64,000 bases of DNA, taken from assembly GCF_006345805.1 (NCBI RefSeq), contig NC_043000.1, forward strand, positions 135,904,001-135,968,000. The letters are read 5' to 3'. The stretch's first letter is position 1, and each line of letters begins with the position of its first letter. This stretch comes from Octopus sinensis (taxonomy: Eukaryota). The notes under the pieces are model-generated. The model did no database searches. It was not told the DNA's origin and saw only the letters and a list, made by a program, of their open reading frames with translations. This document shows, in pieces, positions 12,464 through 26,890 of this stretch. Both the position numbers and the translations under genes were made by a program.

Positions 12464-13127
12464 ACACTCAAGAACGCATATGTTTCAGCACAAGTAATTT
12501 TGCTGAAGGTTTCCTTTCAAATGCAAGCATAAAAAGAGTAATATCATAGTTTATAACAGTCAACTATAGCTGGGAGATAGATATGTACGGACAACTGTTT
12601 TGATACCTAGGAATTCTCAAACTATAACGTACATTTACAATTGGATGTATAGTTGTTCGTATACTGGGCAATATGACTAAATTATTGAATAATAATCCTG
12701 ATTTGTTTCTTGAATTTTCAGGCAAAGGAAAACATCATAGTGTGTAAATTTCCAAAAGATACAGTGAGAATATTTTCAGACTTTTCTAAAACTCTGGTAT
12801 TAAGTGTTATTTATTTATTAATTCCTATATCAAAATTTACTTATTAGTTACAAACTGTTTTTTTTTATAAGAAAAAATTTAAATAATTAATAGTAAAACA
12901 AAACATATATGCATAAACACTCCTATCAGATGATAAGCGATTGCAAAATACAATTTAAGTGGAATATGATAATGAATATACTGAGAAAAATCAAATGTTG
13001 CAACATTTTTGTCTACCAGGCCAAAAGATACACATATATGGCTTAATTAATTTCAGAGGATATGTTATATCATTATACCACAGTTCTAAATTGTTTGTTA
13101 CCGCATTTAAATACACACACACACACA

Positions 13128-13165
<38 letters not shown>

Positions 13166-13191
13166 CCATATATATATATATATATTATATT

Positions 13192-13342
13192 AAATTAGAG
13201 ATAAAACCACTATTAGGCAAATCATACAATGAAAAACTTAAGCCAATACATAAGATTAATTAATTTATATTATTTTAAATATATATCAAAATTATTAAAA
13301 AAAGATGATTAGTATAACACTACGATTGTTTCATGGCTGTCC
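13192..13342 (-). mobile_element. PLE pLTR-like fragment with the 3' half of a hammerhead
   Basis: Minus strand reads GAAAC-AATC-GTA. The piece is AT-rich and lies between (TA)n tracts. Confidence 0.4.
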
Positions 13343-13730
13343 ATATATGTATGTATGTATGGATGGATGGATGGATGGATGTGTGTGTATGTGAGTGTAG
13401 TGCAAGCAAAATGCTATATGTGAGCTTATAACTTCAATATATAATCTATCTCTCCATCAACCATTTCTCTTCCTCTCTCTCTCAATATATATATATATGG
13501 ATGTGCGTTTGGAGGCGGTGGTAGTGTATGTACAGATGCATATATATATATGCTCCATTTCTTCAATTCACCAATAATATTTTAATTTCAATTATCCGCA
13601 CCAACGCACGCTTGCAACACCATATGGTTGTACCTCCAACCGTGCTGTTTACTGCTGTGATTTTTGCTACCAAGGTATCGGTTAAACTTTTGATTAATCT
13701 ACTACAAGATTATTCATCTTTCTATTTCAC

Positions 13731-13803
<73 letters not shown>

Positions 13804-14484
13804 ATATATGTAAATTTAGACGTATATTTTTATGTGTGCGTGTATGCGATAAGTGAATATACTTATATAAATATTCATGTAAGTGAAATGTATAAATGAA
13901 GTTATAGTGTCGTTTATTCTGCAAGCTTGTAGCAAATGGATTTACAAGACCTAATTACTAGTCATGTTATCTATGTACGAGCTTTGTTTAAGTGGATGTA
14001 TACATTTTCTTATATGTATATTTATAGGGATAATTTTACTGTGTTTATATAAATACCATTTGTATGTAATGCAAGTGTATTTTGAGTGTGTAATCGTGGA
14101 ATATGCAGATAAGAGCATTATATGTGTCCGTGTGCGGGTGTTTGTGTGTGTGTGTGTTTGTGTGTGCGCGAGCGCGTGCGTGTTTATGCATACATAAATA
14201 TACTCCTGGCTAACTTGCTGAATGCAATAATAGAACTGACTGATTACATCAGCTCAAGTCAAAGGTTAAGTTGATATTGAATCCAATACAGAAGCTAATC
14301 TGAGAGTCTCAATGTAAAATATCAGTAACAGTGGGAAAGAGAAAAGAGAAGAGTGTGAAATAAAGAAATAGGACGAAAGAGAAGCAGAGAGGTTCCGTCC
14401 ATATATATATATACATATATATTTTTTTCTGCCATACATACATAGATACATACATACATACATACATACATACATACATACATA

Positions 14485-14570
14485 CAAAAAGACCCTTTTG
14501 TTGATGTTGATATTCCAGTGAAGGAGCCTTGGATCTAGGTTAGAAATCTTGAAATAAAACCGAACAATGA
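14485..14570 (+). mobile_element. 3' UTR fragment of the same R4-like element
   Basis: TTCCAGTGAAGGAGCCTTGGATCTAGGTTAGAAAT is the reverse complement of about 5685-5720 and lies beside (CATA)n. Confidence 0.75.
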
Positions 14571-14641
14571 CATCCATACTAGCATCGAGAAAAATGGATA
14601 GAGAAAGAGAGGTAAGAGAAGATAGATAGATTGCTAGATAT

Positions 14642-14705
<64 letters not shown>

Positions 14706-15266
14706 TAGATAGATAGATAGATAGATAGAAGTGAGAAAGGGTTTGGGATAAGTTAAAGCGGAGTAAATGTTTGAATAAGTATCTTCAAAATATTGTCCTA
14801 TGACTAGGAAAGTGTATATAAAAATCTCTCAAGAAATATAAGGTAATTAATTGTAAATGCACACATGCACGCATATACACACATGAGAATGTTTGGTTTT
14901 ATATACGGGAGAAATGAGTTCAATAAATGATGTAGAAGAAAACGGCATGCTGGCAGAATCATTACCGCACCGGACAAAATGTTTGGTGGTATTTTTTTCC
15001 GACTTTACAGAATACGTGTGCGTGTGTGAGTAGCCTGTGCGGTAAATATATGAACAAGGCAAATCTAACTATTTTTTCCGTAGATTAAAAGAAACATTTC
15101 ACTAATTCTTTAACCATATTTTGTTTTCATCAGAGATACCCACATCACTCAAGTAATACCCGTTATATAAGTAGCCAATCTATTTATATACGTAACACAT
15201 CCAGTAGCTTCAGAGAATTGGAGAGGTTAATTTGCATGCTATAAATATGTAACACTTTATTTAGTA

Positions 15267-15663
15267 ATAATAAATCTCTGAACGAGATATAAACAGTAAC
15301 CGCTCGACAATGTAAAGTATAATAGCCATCTCAATATGGCTAACCACAAAGGGTGGGTGTTACTGAAGCTTTTAGCCCCAGGTGATCATCGTCTCTAGCT
15401 GGCTTTAGGCACACTATCTGTGCCCTTATGGTATTTGCAAAGGGAGGTCATCCCTTTCTCGTAAGCCTAAGTGATACCTCGAAACTGCGGTCCGTGCGTA
15501 TCACTTAGGCTTACGAGAAAGGGATGACCTCCCTTTGCAAATACCATAAGAGCACAGATAGTGTGCCTAAAGCCAGCTAGAGACGATGATCTCCTGGGGC
15601 TAAAAGCTTCAGTAACACCCACCCTTTGTGGTTAGCCATATTGAGATGGTTAGTATACTTTAT
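15267..15663. mobile_element. Hairpin insertion (inverted PLE ends) with 11-bp TSD
   Basis: Arms 15313-15477 and 15498-15662 (165 bp, about 4 mismatches). The 20-nt spacer holds CGAAAC-TGCG-GTC and there is a 46-bp unpaired tail. TSD TTTATTTAGTA at 15256-15266 and 15664-15674. Confidence 0.8.
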
Positions 15664-17829
15664 TTTATTTAGTATTATATATATTATGAAACCTTTTGTG
15701 TAAATAATTTTTAAAATATAATAGCAATAGAAATAGTGGAATACACATAAGATGCTGAAATTAATACTCGCTACGACTGGCTTGTATACTACTAGCTTTT
15801 CTAAATGCCTTTACCTGTTAGTGTAACCGTCAGGTTAGAATTTCTTATAAATTACTCAGAAAGGCGTACTGTTAAAGCTTGCTCTAAAATTACTTCTAAT
15901 TTAATTTACTAAAACCGCTGCAGCTTGTAGGGAGCGTGTATTGCAATCTGGAAAACTGAAACGCATTACCAATAGATCTTTTGACTTTGTGCAACGTTAC
16001 GCATAGGCTATTTCTTTTTACGAGTTATAAAGTTATATTCATATGAACTGATAACTGCAATAGTTAAAAAAACGTCGCTGTAGCCATATGCAAAGACTAA
16101 TATATTAGCGATTAATTCTGAAACGGAATCTCTTCTGCCAAGCCTGGCTACTGGAAAAGAAAACTACTTTTGATTTCATCTGTATATTAGTCAAGTATAT
16201 TGGGAAGTAATAAGGAAAAAATATTAGATCTAAAATTCTGCTCTTCTATTAGAAAATCATAATCTAATCTCTCTTGAAGTGACCAGAGAAGTATTTTCCA
16301 ACTGACATCTAAATAGATTTTCTCTGCGCAGGTATGTTATACCTGTAAGAATTCTAAAGTGACATGTTTGTACCAAATGTCTAGACCATAATACTACTTG
16401 TCTCAAGCGTACAAAATAGGGACACATTAAAAAATATGTGTAGGAAACCAAATACTAAGCACGTCTCTTTTTCTTGCAAAACCTGCCTATGTACCATCTT
16501 TATTAAAAAAAAGTATTTAACTAATTTGAGGGTTTACAGAATCTGAATGGTCTCGGTGAAAAAGACAGTTCTGAACATTTTATCTGTGTATCAGTTACGT
16601 GTAACCGTAGGTTGCTAACTATAGATTATAAATATATGATGTTGATAGCTTCAGTTAATTTGACTGTGCCAGTCAAGAAATATCGTGAACTAAATTTAAA
16701 GGTATTGTAGTGAAAAACGTTTCCTCGTACTGACTGCTGCGCGGACGTTATTATCAGTGGTTTTCTTTCAGGGTATTTGCTGGCATTTAATCGGTCTTGG
16801 TGGTTTGCTCTTTGACCTCGCTAATAACAGATGTGTAATCTGTAATTGATCTATAAGCTGTAGTCAAACATTAACCTTGATCCTACGAAATCCTGTAAAT
16901 TTACATCATCTGATACTGTCGAGTTCACTTGATCTAAAGTGAATAAAATGTTTAAAGAAATCATTATCAGACCAAATAACTTGCTCTGCCAAATCCATGT
17001 CGTTAACTATAGCAACAAAAGTAGTTGACCATTCCGAAACTATTGATAATTTCATCCACATAGGTGATTACTCGCTGAGTAACTAAAGTGACGTAGTTAA
17101 CAAAAAATAGCTTTATGACGGATTTTTAGTACTACCGACTTACGTAGAGCGATTTGGGTTGCAAGTTTCCAAAGAATTATAGACAAACATTATTTGTGAA
17201 AATAAGATGGAGAGCATGTACGCTTACATAGATAACGCCACAATTTGTGGTAACATCAAAGAGGAATACAGCAAAAACTAAAAGTTACTCATAGATCTAA
17301 CTAGATACAGAATGACGATAAAAGAAAATCTCCAAGTAAATCTGTCCCTATTATAGGCTATCAAGCATAATTTCCGAGCGTCTGTTTATTTCGTCGTCAA
17401 CTAATAAATGTAGATTGCTGTTACGACATTTCGTCATCGATTTCAAATTTTTGTTTGACTATGTCATTTCCTATTTTCGGTTTGCTGAATATGTCTCCTC
17501 GGATCGAGCCCCTTCTTGTCTATCGAACTGAAGTGGTTCTTGTGTCATAGGGATGATATTTCAAATAACCACTCTGTACCATACCTTTCCGCTAGAATGC
17601 TTGGAAAGCAATAGCATTAACCCAAGAATCTAAAACTCTACATATTTGTGCATGGGAGCCTGTCCTACTTGACACATTACAGTCATTGCGAAACTTATTC
17701 TGAACATCATTTCATTCAACTCTTTATGAACATCTCATCCACTTTCCTAAAAAAGCAACTCAGAAATAAGCTTGTCAATCTATTTGTCCTTGTCGGAAAA
17801 TGTTCTGTTAAGTGGGTATGTCCGAAGTA

Positions 17830-18719
17830 CGAGGTCTGATCAATAAGTAACTGGACGGTTGCCATAGTAACGTCGCTAAGGTACGCAGAGTAAAACTGCT
17901 TGGCACAGATTGATTTTGAACTCTGCTGTACATGCGCAATAAGTTTTAACGTTCTAGTTTACTTCCGCTGTTTACAGCAGTGCTTGGAAGGAAGGAGTGT
18001 AGCGTGTGAGCGTTGCATTGACCATGACAGAGAGAGTTCTCATGGTGATACCTGCTCAGAGGCCGACGCAAAGTTGCAGAAAGTGTACGGAGAGGAGTGT
18101 ATGAACAGCACACAAGTGTACGAGTGGTTCAGACGCTCCAGCATGGCGGAAAAATTCTCGATAGTGACGAACGTTCTGGGAGACCCGCGACAAGCAGAAC
18201 TGAGAAAAACATCGCAAATGTGCATGCAGCCGTGAGGGGAAATCGGCGAATCACCATCCGTGAATTATCAAAGGATGTGCAGATTAGTTATGCTTCAGTT
18301 CAGTCCATTATTACTGAAGATTTGGGTACGAGACGCGTGTCTGCCAAGTTGGTACCAAAATTTCTTTCAGCTGACCAAAAGGACACTGGGGTTTCAGTTG
18401 CATAAGATTTTGATTGTGTCGAGAACGATGAAATATTTTTGGAAACTTTGCGTAGGCCTCTGAGCAGGTATTGCCAAAATTTTAGCAAAACTTGATGCAG
18501 ATTTTCTGCTCAACTTACTCTGTCATTGTGAATGCGTCGATCACACGCTACACACGTTCCTTCCAAGCACTGCTGTTAATGGCGGAAGTAAGCTAGAACG
18601 TTAAAACTTAGTGCGCATGCACAGCAGAGCTCAAGGTCAATCTGTGCCTTTGGCTTCACTCTATGTGCTTTAGCTTCGTTACTATGGTAACAGTCCGGAT
18701 AGTTATTGATCAGATCACA
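17830..18719 (+). mobile_element. Internally deleted mariner element
   Basis: About 190-bp TIRs (CGAGGTCTGATCAATAA..) with TA flanks. The ORF piece RSGRPATS..ITIRELS..LGTRRVSAKLVPKFLS covers the mariner HTH region and WVPH-like motif. The catalytic domain is absent. Confidence 0.9.
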
Positions 18720-19577
18720 TATGGTCAACGCTATTGAACTGTTGGAATCAAATCCTTATGTGCTCACATTCGTTTACTCAGTGGTCGAGAAGATAGCGCT
18801 TCAATAAAAAATTAAACTCTATCAGAATGTAGCAAAAATAAAGTTAAAGTTAAGCATGATGTGAGTGAACCAATTGAACATATCAATATTATTGAAAATT
18901 ACCTTGAGTTGTTTACTCTGACACCTGGTAGAACATTTGCACAGCAACTCGATCCGAAACAACAAGTTCACGAACAGAAATCGACGGACGCTGTGTCACG
19001 CTACTCTACTTTCATTAAACGACCTATTGAAAGGTTTGGTTAAACTCAAATATTTTGCCTTATATCAATTGCACTTAGAAGAATGAAATTTCGAAAAATT
19101 GTTCCACTATTGTACGTTTGTAGATTTTATTAGTTTTATTTGCGTGGATGATTAATACTTTAGCAAAGTAATACTTTATTACAAATAATTTCTCAGATAG
19201 GCACAGGGTCAGATGTAGTAGTGGAGTTAGCTGATTAAATCGGCACCATTACCTACTACTTACTTAATCGAACAAAGAAACATGAATTGAACCACTTACT
19301 GTTACTACTACTACAAATATATTTGCAAACGACTATCTCTTCAGTCACCCAGTAGAATCCAATGTAGATTTTAATGAACTAAAAACTGATTTAAATTGAG
19401 TTTTGTCATGCAATATTTACACCTCAGGATAATTTTGTTAGTTGTGGAGCTGAAAATTCTATAGGAGTTACAAAGCTGGTCTTAGTTTGTTGCGTAATAT
19501 TTTCGAAAAATAATTAACAAGAAACTTGAGGGTTCTGAATAAGCCGCACAATATTTTAAACTCTAAAAGTAATACGC

Positions 19578-19578
19578 A

Positions 19579-19643
<65 letters not shown>

Positions 19644-19695
19644 ACACACACACGCACACGCACGCGCACACATATACACACAGACACAGACACAT
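19578..19695. repeat. (CA)n microsatellite
   Basis: Direct reading. Confidence 0.95.
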
Positions 19696-19734
19696 GTAGA
19701 AAACAACAAACCTTTTGATTTTATATTATATATA

Positions 19735-19950
19735 CGTGGGGTACTGAAAAGTGCCTGGATTTGGGTAAAAGAAAATACAGGAGGATCAATTAATTATGAT
19801 TTTGTTCAACATATTTCCATCTAAGATTCATATACTTATTGCAACGGTTCTTCCATTTTTCTAAGCCCCGTAAAAGAACTCGGTAGTTTAGGCCTCCAAC
19901 TTAGCCTTTCACGATACCCTCAAAGCCAGCAACTTTTCAGCGCACCCTAG
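19735..19950 (-). mobile_element. Mariner-derived MITE
   Basis: TIRs CGTGGGGTACTGAAAAGTGCCTGG and CCAGCAACTTTTCAGCGCACCCTAG with TA flanks. The internal minus strand reads KWKNRCNKYMNLRWKYVE, like the mariner C-terminus. Confidence 0.75.
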
Positions 19951-20107
19951 TATAGGTTTTTCGACACAGCCCGTTTAAATAAATTCAACTAGGTTTATTG
20001 TGAGTCCAATTAGGCGGTGATTAATGAGGGATCAGATAAAAAGAAGGAAGTGTGGCAATGTTGCGAACCACTCATTTGTAAAGCTGTGCTCTCTGAAACA
20101 AATGGTA

Positions 20108-20524
20108 AGCTGAAAGCAGTTTTGGCACAAACTTGGCAGACATGCGTCTCATACCCAAATCTTCAGTGATAATGGACTGAACTGAACCGTAACTAATCTG
20201 CACATCCTCTGATAACTCACGGATGGCAACTCGAGGCCTTCTTATCACAGCTGCACGTATATCTGCGATATTTTTCTCAGTTCTGCTGGTCGCAGGTCTC
20301 CCAGAATGTTCGTCACTATCGACAATTTTTCCACCTTGCTGGAACGTCTGACCCATTCTACACTTGTGTGCGGTTCATACACTCCTCTCCAGGCACTTTC
20401 TGCAACTTTGCATCGGTCTCTTGAACAGCAGAGTTCAATATCAATCTGCACCAAATGGATTCACTCCGCGTGCTTTAACTTCGTTACTATACCAACAGCC
20501 CAGTTACTTATTCATCAACCACGT
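20108..20524 (-). mobile_element. Second fragment of the 17.8-kb mariner family
   Basis: ORF 20072-20356 reads SGRPATSRTEKNIAD..LGMRRMSAKFVPKLLS. A left-TIR remnant lies at about 20420-20524. Confidence 0.9.
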
Positions 20525-22479
20525 ATAAAATCAGTTATCCTGCTAATGTGAGATTCTTTCAGCATCACCGAGAAAGGGAAACAAGTACTTACATCTTCTC
20601 TGCATATAGGAGTTAAATTTGCATTTGTACCCATAATTATTGCTGCTCTTGCTTATGTTACGGAATGTCTAATTGTTAAACTTTGAGGGAAAGGAGGAGA
20701 CTCACAAGACTTTGCAAATACAGTCTGTTAATGAAAGAATAAAAGTAAACACGACTTTTCTACATATCCCTTCATCCTTGTTGTTAACTTAATTTGATCA
20801 GTAGAACTTTGCTTCTTTTATGGAAGCAAGTTCTATTCTTAGCGAAAGAATTCAAATAATTAAGAAAGACAAATTACTACCGATGAATACAAATTTATAT
20901 ATTCGTTTCATTTTTCAAGGAACGTTTCCTTAAAGAATACCAATACAATACATCAGTGAACCACTCCAAGGTATATCTCATATCTTTTGAACACAAAGAT
21001 CGCGAAATTACAAGCAAAGCAAGAGGTCTCGCAGCAACGAGGGGATTTCTGAGCTCTTGATTAACCTGAGAAAAATAGCTCCCAAATTGCTCAAATTACA
21101 TCCCACTGACTTAAAAATAAGGACACAATAACGTAATCTAATTTCACTTTACATCAGAAAAAGAAGGAATGGTTACATTCTGAATGATTTTGATCATAAG
21201 TATCTTTGATCAGAGCCTAGAACGGCAAGCAATACTTTGGCATTGTATTACCGTTCATTTAATTTAAATATTTTCAAGTTGTTTAAATAATTTCATTTTA
21301 TGCTTAAAAATCACTTTTATAACTTATTTCTATTTTATGCATATTCTTTCTATCTTCTATTCTCTTGCTCTCCGTCTCCCCTTTCTCTCTGTTTTGGAGT
21401 CGAGGGATTTCAAAACGGTACACGCTATGGACAAAACAAAGGATATGTGTCTCAAGTGAACAAATCAAGTATAAAATTACACTGAGAAATTTATTTTTAT
21501 CAGTTTCGTTATTCCCGAGATATATATTGATATTTGCTCAAAGTCCACTTTGGTATTATTGAATAGAAATAGGCAAAAGCAAACTTTACATTCTGCCGTA
21601 AGGCAGAACTGGTTGGTAAAATCTACAGTATTGACTTCTTTCTTACTAACATTCAATAAATTGCAATATTAGATTCTTAAGAAGCAAGCTGCATGATAAG
21701 GTAGTTTTTATATATGCAGATGTAATTTCGTTACGTAGCTGTCTATATACTTATCAATCAATTAATCTATGTATTTATATTTATTTATCTGCCTGCCTAA
21801 CTATGTAATCTGTTGACGCATAGTCAGTCTATCTACATCTCCTTGAAATATACGTACATGTGTCCACATACATACATATATACAGAAATATGTATATCTA
21901 TCCATCTTAATAATGAACACACGCACGTATATGTAAATGTACACACACACACACACACACAGAAACACAGGCGCAGACACAGATACACGCACACACTCAC
22001 AGACCGACACAGACACAGACACACACACACACATGCACACACAAACACACACATATACAATTCTTCTTATTGCTCCCCATCAACTGTTTCCCCTCATCAA
22101 TTAATCTTATTTTCCTCACAATCTACTTTTCAAGTTTTCTATCTCTTTCTATAACTTTCCCATTCTTTATCAATGTTTCCGAAGCTATACACCTACACAT
22201 GGACATCAATATGTCTTGAAAACAAAGAATTGTTTCAGAAATCAAGACAATTCCTCAGAGATTGATTTTTGTATGTTGCTTGTTAGATTGAGGAATCTTC
22301 CAATTCACAGTGAATACATTGAAGCTAAAATAGATCTCACAAGTTCTTGGAAATTGAACTGAAGTCTTAAATATAGGAGAGCTGAAAGATAATAATGTTT
22401 AAGAATAAAACTTTAAAAAAATTAAACCATGAAGGTGTGGTGCTGTGAAATGTAAGCGAAGTAATATCTAAAACCTTGA

Positions 22480-24070
22480 TTCAAATTTGTTTCATTGCTA
22501 TATTATTGTTGCAGCATGACCCTGGAAACATGAATAACAATTCGGAATTGATTAGGTAATTTTCATTTGTAATTAACCATGGGTACTGAGTACAGTTAAA
22601 TGACTCATCTGCATTTGTATTTTCGAAATTTGGTTGTGATGAAAAGCTAGTCAACCTGAACAGCATTATATCTATCTAGCCACTGCTTTATATCAGAGAT
22701 AAAATTCATTTGACTATACAAATATACAGAACCAACCGCAATCTTTCAAATAAAATCTCTCTCTTTAGGAAATCTCTCCTGAATACTGTGTGCGTATTTG
22801 CATATCCAGAATTCTATTGTTTCTAATCCTTATTCATGAAGGATATTTGTGTAGAGATTGGTTACGTTAAAACTAACAAGGATCGCTTTTTATCTATTCT
22901 CTCTGCAACATCGTTGCAAAACAACTAAGTTTTCGATAACAGATATTACCCACAAATACAAGGCGCGGCAATGCGAACGGAAGCAACTCCGAAGTTTGTA
23001 ACAGTCATAATGCGATACCTGGAAGAAAAATCTATATTCTTTCTAGAATTACGTATGATCAACATTTCCAATGGTATTTGATAGAGAACTGGAAACATTC
23101 TCGTATAACTGCTTCGTATTTGGAACTTTCTAATAATTTTCTGGACTAATAATTAAAGAAAATAAAACTGTTACAACTGATTTCTACTGCAAGAACACAA
23201 ATACACATCTATATTTAGATTTTAGATCTTGCCACTCTTCCACACAAAAAGTATATATAGTAAGACGTGTATACTCAATAACTACAGATACAAAAAGATG
23301 ACAGAAATGACAGGTAAAACTAAATATCTTCCTTCACAAATAGAAATACTGTAAAAGGACCTAATAAATAAACTGTTGGAAGAAACACCCGCACTGAAGG
23401 TGAAAACAAAAATACAAATTAAATATTTAATTTGTAGTCACCCATAATCCTAGGAACTATAACATCCAGTATTCGGCCAAACAATACTTTCTAATTCTAC
23501 ATGAATGATCGAAACTCCGACAAGACATTAAAAGATCTCAAATTGTCAACAGGTGAAAACCACCAAATCTCAAGAGTCCTAACAAAGTCGAAACTCACAA
23601 CAGAGAAAGAAATAATGCAGTTAATAAACTATGGAGAGCCTCGAAACGTCAAACTCTCTTTTTACGAAGCATCAAGTTAATACATTCCTTGTGCACTTCC
23701 TCTTGTCTGTTAATTTTATTATTTGTTTAAGTATTGTATTGGCATCCTTTCTGTCTCGGGAGACAATGGAGTTGCGCATGTTTTTTTTGTTTTTTTTTTT
23801 GTAGTCTAGTCCGGCTTTTATATTTCATGTCCTGATACATTTCCTGCTGTGGCTGTGTAGTCCTATCCTGGACAAACACTCCCTCGTTTATTTGATCGCT
23901 AAATGCACAAGTTTTTTTATTCTCTCTCTGTTTATTTCTTCGTGTGCCTTTCTGTTGAAGAGCGTAGGTTCGAAACGTCAAACACTTTCTCACCTTCCCG
24001 AACGTCAAACTAATGCACCTGCTTCTTGCTTATACACCTGTCTTCGTCTTTTGTTTTCTGTAAATTTCAA
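22480..24070 (+). mobile_element. Highly decayed Penelope-like retroelement (RT remnants and pLTR)
   Basis: 22932-23027 translates to FDNRYYPQIQGAAMRTEATPKFVTVIMRYLEE (PLE RT motif B). 23431 gives FVVTHNPRN and about 23560 gives KPPNL. The pLTR has a hammerhead near 23950. The left boundary is approximate. Confidence 0.75.
23944..23985 (+). ncRNA. Variant minimal hammerhead ribozyme motif
   Basis: TTT-CTGTTGA-A-GAGC-GTAG-GTTC-GAAA-CG-TC-AAA, with an A6U core change and an ACGT palindromic stem III. Confidence 0.55.
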
Positions 24071-24509
24071 CTATATATGTGTGTGTGTCTATATGTATAC
24101 ACAGACACACACACACACGCATATTTATATATGCGTATGGTGTGTTTCTGAGTTGGTGTGTATGTATTGACTAAAAACATAATATTTTATTCAATAGATA
24201 ATGTTGTAATCATATTGGATTGCTGTGAGGAAAAATGTTGACAAATGTAAGGAAGAGTAGGCTACTGTATCCTTAAAATGTAAAGATTTGATTAGATCAA
24301 TAAAGATTATAGAAAAGTTGCTGGTGCAAGAATTTATTACAATGGTAATATTTTTGATAATAGTTTTGATAATATGAAAAAAGCTGTTAATGATTATAAG
24401 GATAATTGTGTTAACAATGGTTAATGATTCTGATAACAATGATGATACGACAGTCATAACAATGATGATAGTGATGGTAATGATGTTTATAGCAACACCG
24501 TTACCACAG

Positions 24510-24527
24510 CCAATAATAACATTAATA

Positions 24528-24600
<73 letters not shown>

Positions 24601-24652
24601 CAACAACAAAAACAACAACAATAATAATAATAATGATAATAATAATAATAAT
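24510..24652. repeat. (AAT)n/(AAC)n microsatellite
   Basis: Direct reading. Confidence 0.95.
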
Positions 24653-25085
24653 CACAGATTTGCTTGTCAGTTGTTTGACCTTAACCAGTTGAGCATGTCC
24701 CCCAGTGGCTGACGATATGTGCATCTCTGATCACGAGCAAAAGTAGTGGGGAAGCGTCATAGCCATGTATTGAGAGGGATTCTTTGGGGTTTGAATAATT
24801 CACCTCTGGAAACATGGGTGTTTCGTTCAACATTCTTAAACAACCTTTATTCAGGGACCTTTTGAGCGGGATGGGCTACTCGACCTGAAGAAAATTCTAA
24901 CTGAGCCCCACCTCCAAGGTCATGTGCTATTTATCTTGATATGAGATCACCATGGTTGATCTCATATGGTTGTGATACATGTGCCTCGTGTACCCTTATT
25001 AGACGGGTAGTCATGATGGGAATACTGGGCTTCGTATATTTTACCCCAGTATCACTTTGATGGCATGCTCTGCTCTCTCATTCAA
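24653..25085 (+). mobile_element. Unclassified retroposon of about 430 bp inserted in (AAT)n
   Basis: Higher-GC block bounded by AAT tracts, ending CTCTCTCATTC(AAT)n. It has an internal palindrome ATATGAGATCA..TGATCTCATAT. Confidence 0.55.
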
Positions 25086-25167
25086 TAATAATAATAATAA
25101 CAGCAACGACACTAACAACAACAACAGCAACAACAACAACAACAACAACAACGATAACGATAACGAT

Positions 25168-25232
<65 letters not shown>

Positions 25233-25390
25233 CAATACGATTGACGCCAATACAAAAATATGATAGCGATAGTGATGACAGTGAAAAATATGTTGATAAT
25301 GATGTTGGTGTGATTATGAAGTTAATGGCAATATTGATAGCTGTGATGGGAGTGATGATAACGATAATGATAAAGACGATGTCGAAGACA

Positions 25391-25452
<62 letters not shown>
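25086..25452. repeat. Compound (AAT)/(AAC)/(GAT) microsatellites
   Basis: Direct reading; source of the poly-N, poly-M, poly-L and poly-I ORFs. Confidence 0.95.
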
Positions 25453-25453
<1 letters not shown>

Positions 25454-26772
25454 AAATTTTTCACTTTAAAAAGCTGAATTTCTCTCAGCTCTAGTATAAC
25501 AAAAATACTCGAATGCTGAATATTTTTAACGGTCTTCATGTAAATATTTACACCGATTTTCTTTCCTTAATGAAAAAAACCACTTGTGTTTTATAAATTT
25601 CGATTTTTTAATGCAGTAAATTTAATAGGAGAAAGCTGAAGTATTATATGAATAGACCGAATACTTTAAAATTCAATTTCAAAATTCAATTTTGTCACAG
25701 ACCTACTGGCATGCTTTTAATTTGGAACAATCATAAGTTTTGTGGAAATTTTTACTGAAAACTACAAGAATAAAAAACAAACTAAAGAGATTATATTTTG
25801 TTGCTGTTGCTGCGATTGTCGGTGTTATTATTATTGTCAGTAAGATGTATCATTATTCTCTCAGTGTTGCTATGACGCTTGCTTTGCATTGGTTAAAAAT
25901 GTTGTAAATTTGTTGTGATTGACTATATTTTCGTTACCAAGTTATGAATCTGGTTGCTTTAGGGACATTCATTCTCAAGTAAAAAAATAAGACGTCGATA
26001 TATTAAAATTTTTACATGCAGAAGCACATATACACATACAGTCGTACATCATGCATACACCCGCACACACAGCCATACGTATATTCACACACTGATACAC
26101 GTATATGCCTTGGTGTTACGAAATGTTCTGATAGAAGTAGGAAATGAATAGCCGAATATTTACTTTCGTTTTTGCCCACAGTGTGGATGTATAATATTTG
26201 AATTTATTTCACTTCTGGTTTGCGCTGCCCTATGTTTAACGGATATTGTTTAATTAACAAGTTGGCAAAGTACAAATGTATAGATTAGGTTATTCACCTT
26301 GGTACTGACCTAATTCATGCCTATTTTTTAAACAGCTGATCTATTTTATTAATTGGGAAAGGATTCCGGGTTTGTCTTCTCTGAGAAGTGGTCAACTAAG
26401 AGCTAACTCGTTCACCAGAACACTCCGTCTATTTTTCTTTTTCAGCACATCGATAATATGGGCAGATTTGTTTATATTCTTATTTAACCGAGATTGAAGA
26501 TTTACAACGTTTACATAGCAGAGTGTCTTCATTTAAGAGAAGTTATACTGCATATTGTTACTTATAGGTTTTCATTCTTTAAACATTTGTCAAATTGATG
26601 TTATGGGGTTTGCTCTTGTTCTTCTTGAAGTTGTTGCTTAGCTCCTGGTCATATTTGATTCAACAGACACATGAACAAATATTCACTAGCAGTGGTCGCC
26701 ATCCTTTATCACAAAATGATAACGATATGTGAGATGTAGTAGACTGATCAGGTATCATAACCATCGTTATTG

Positions 26773-26806
<34 letters not shown>

Positions 26807-26854
26807 TAAAAAGTCAAGACAGAAAATGCTAAAATAATTTTATAAAAAACATTT

Positions 26855-26890
26855 CAGTACTGGTTTCAGTCACGCAGACTTTTTCAACTG
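26855..26890 (-). ncRNA. Minimal hammerhead ribozyme, U3-A8 core variant
   Basis: Minus strand reads CAG-TTGAAAA-AGTC-TGCGT-GACT-GAAA-CCAG-TA-CTG. It sits in an AT-rich insert next to (TA)n. Confidence 0.7.
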
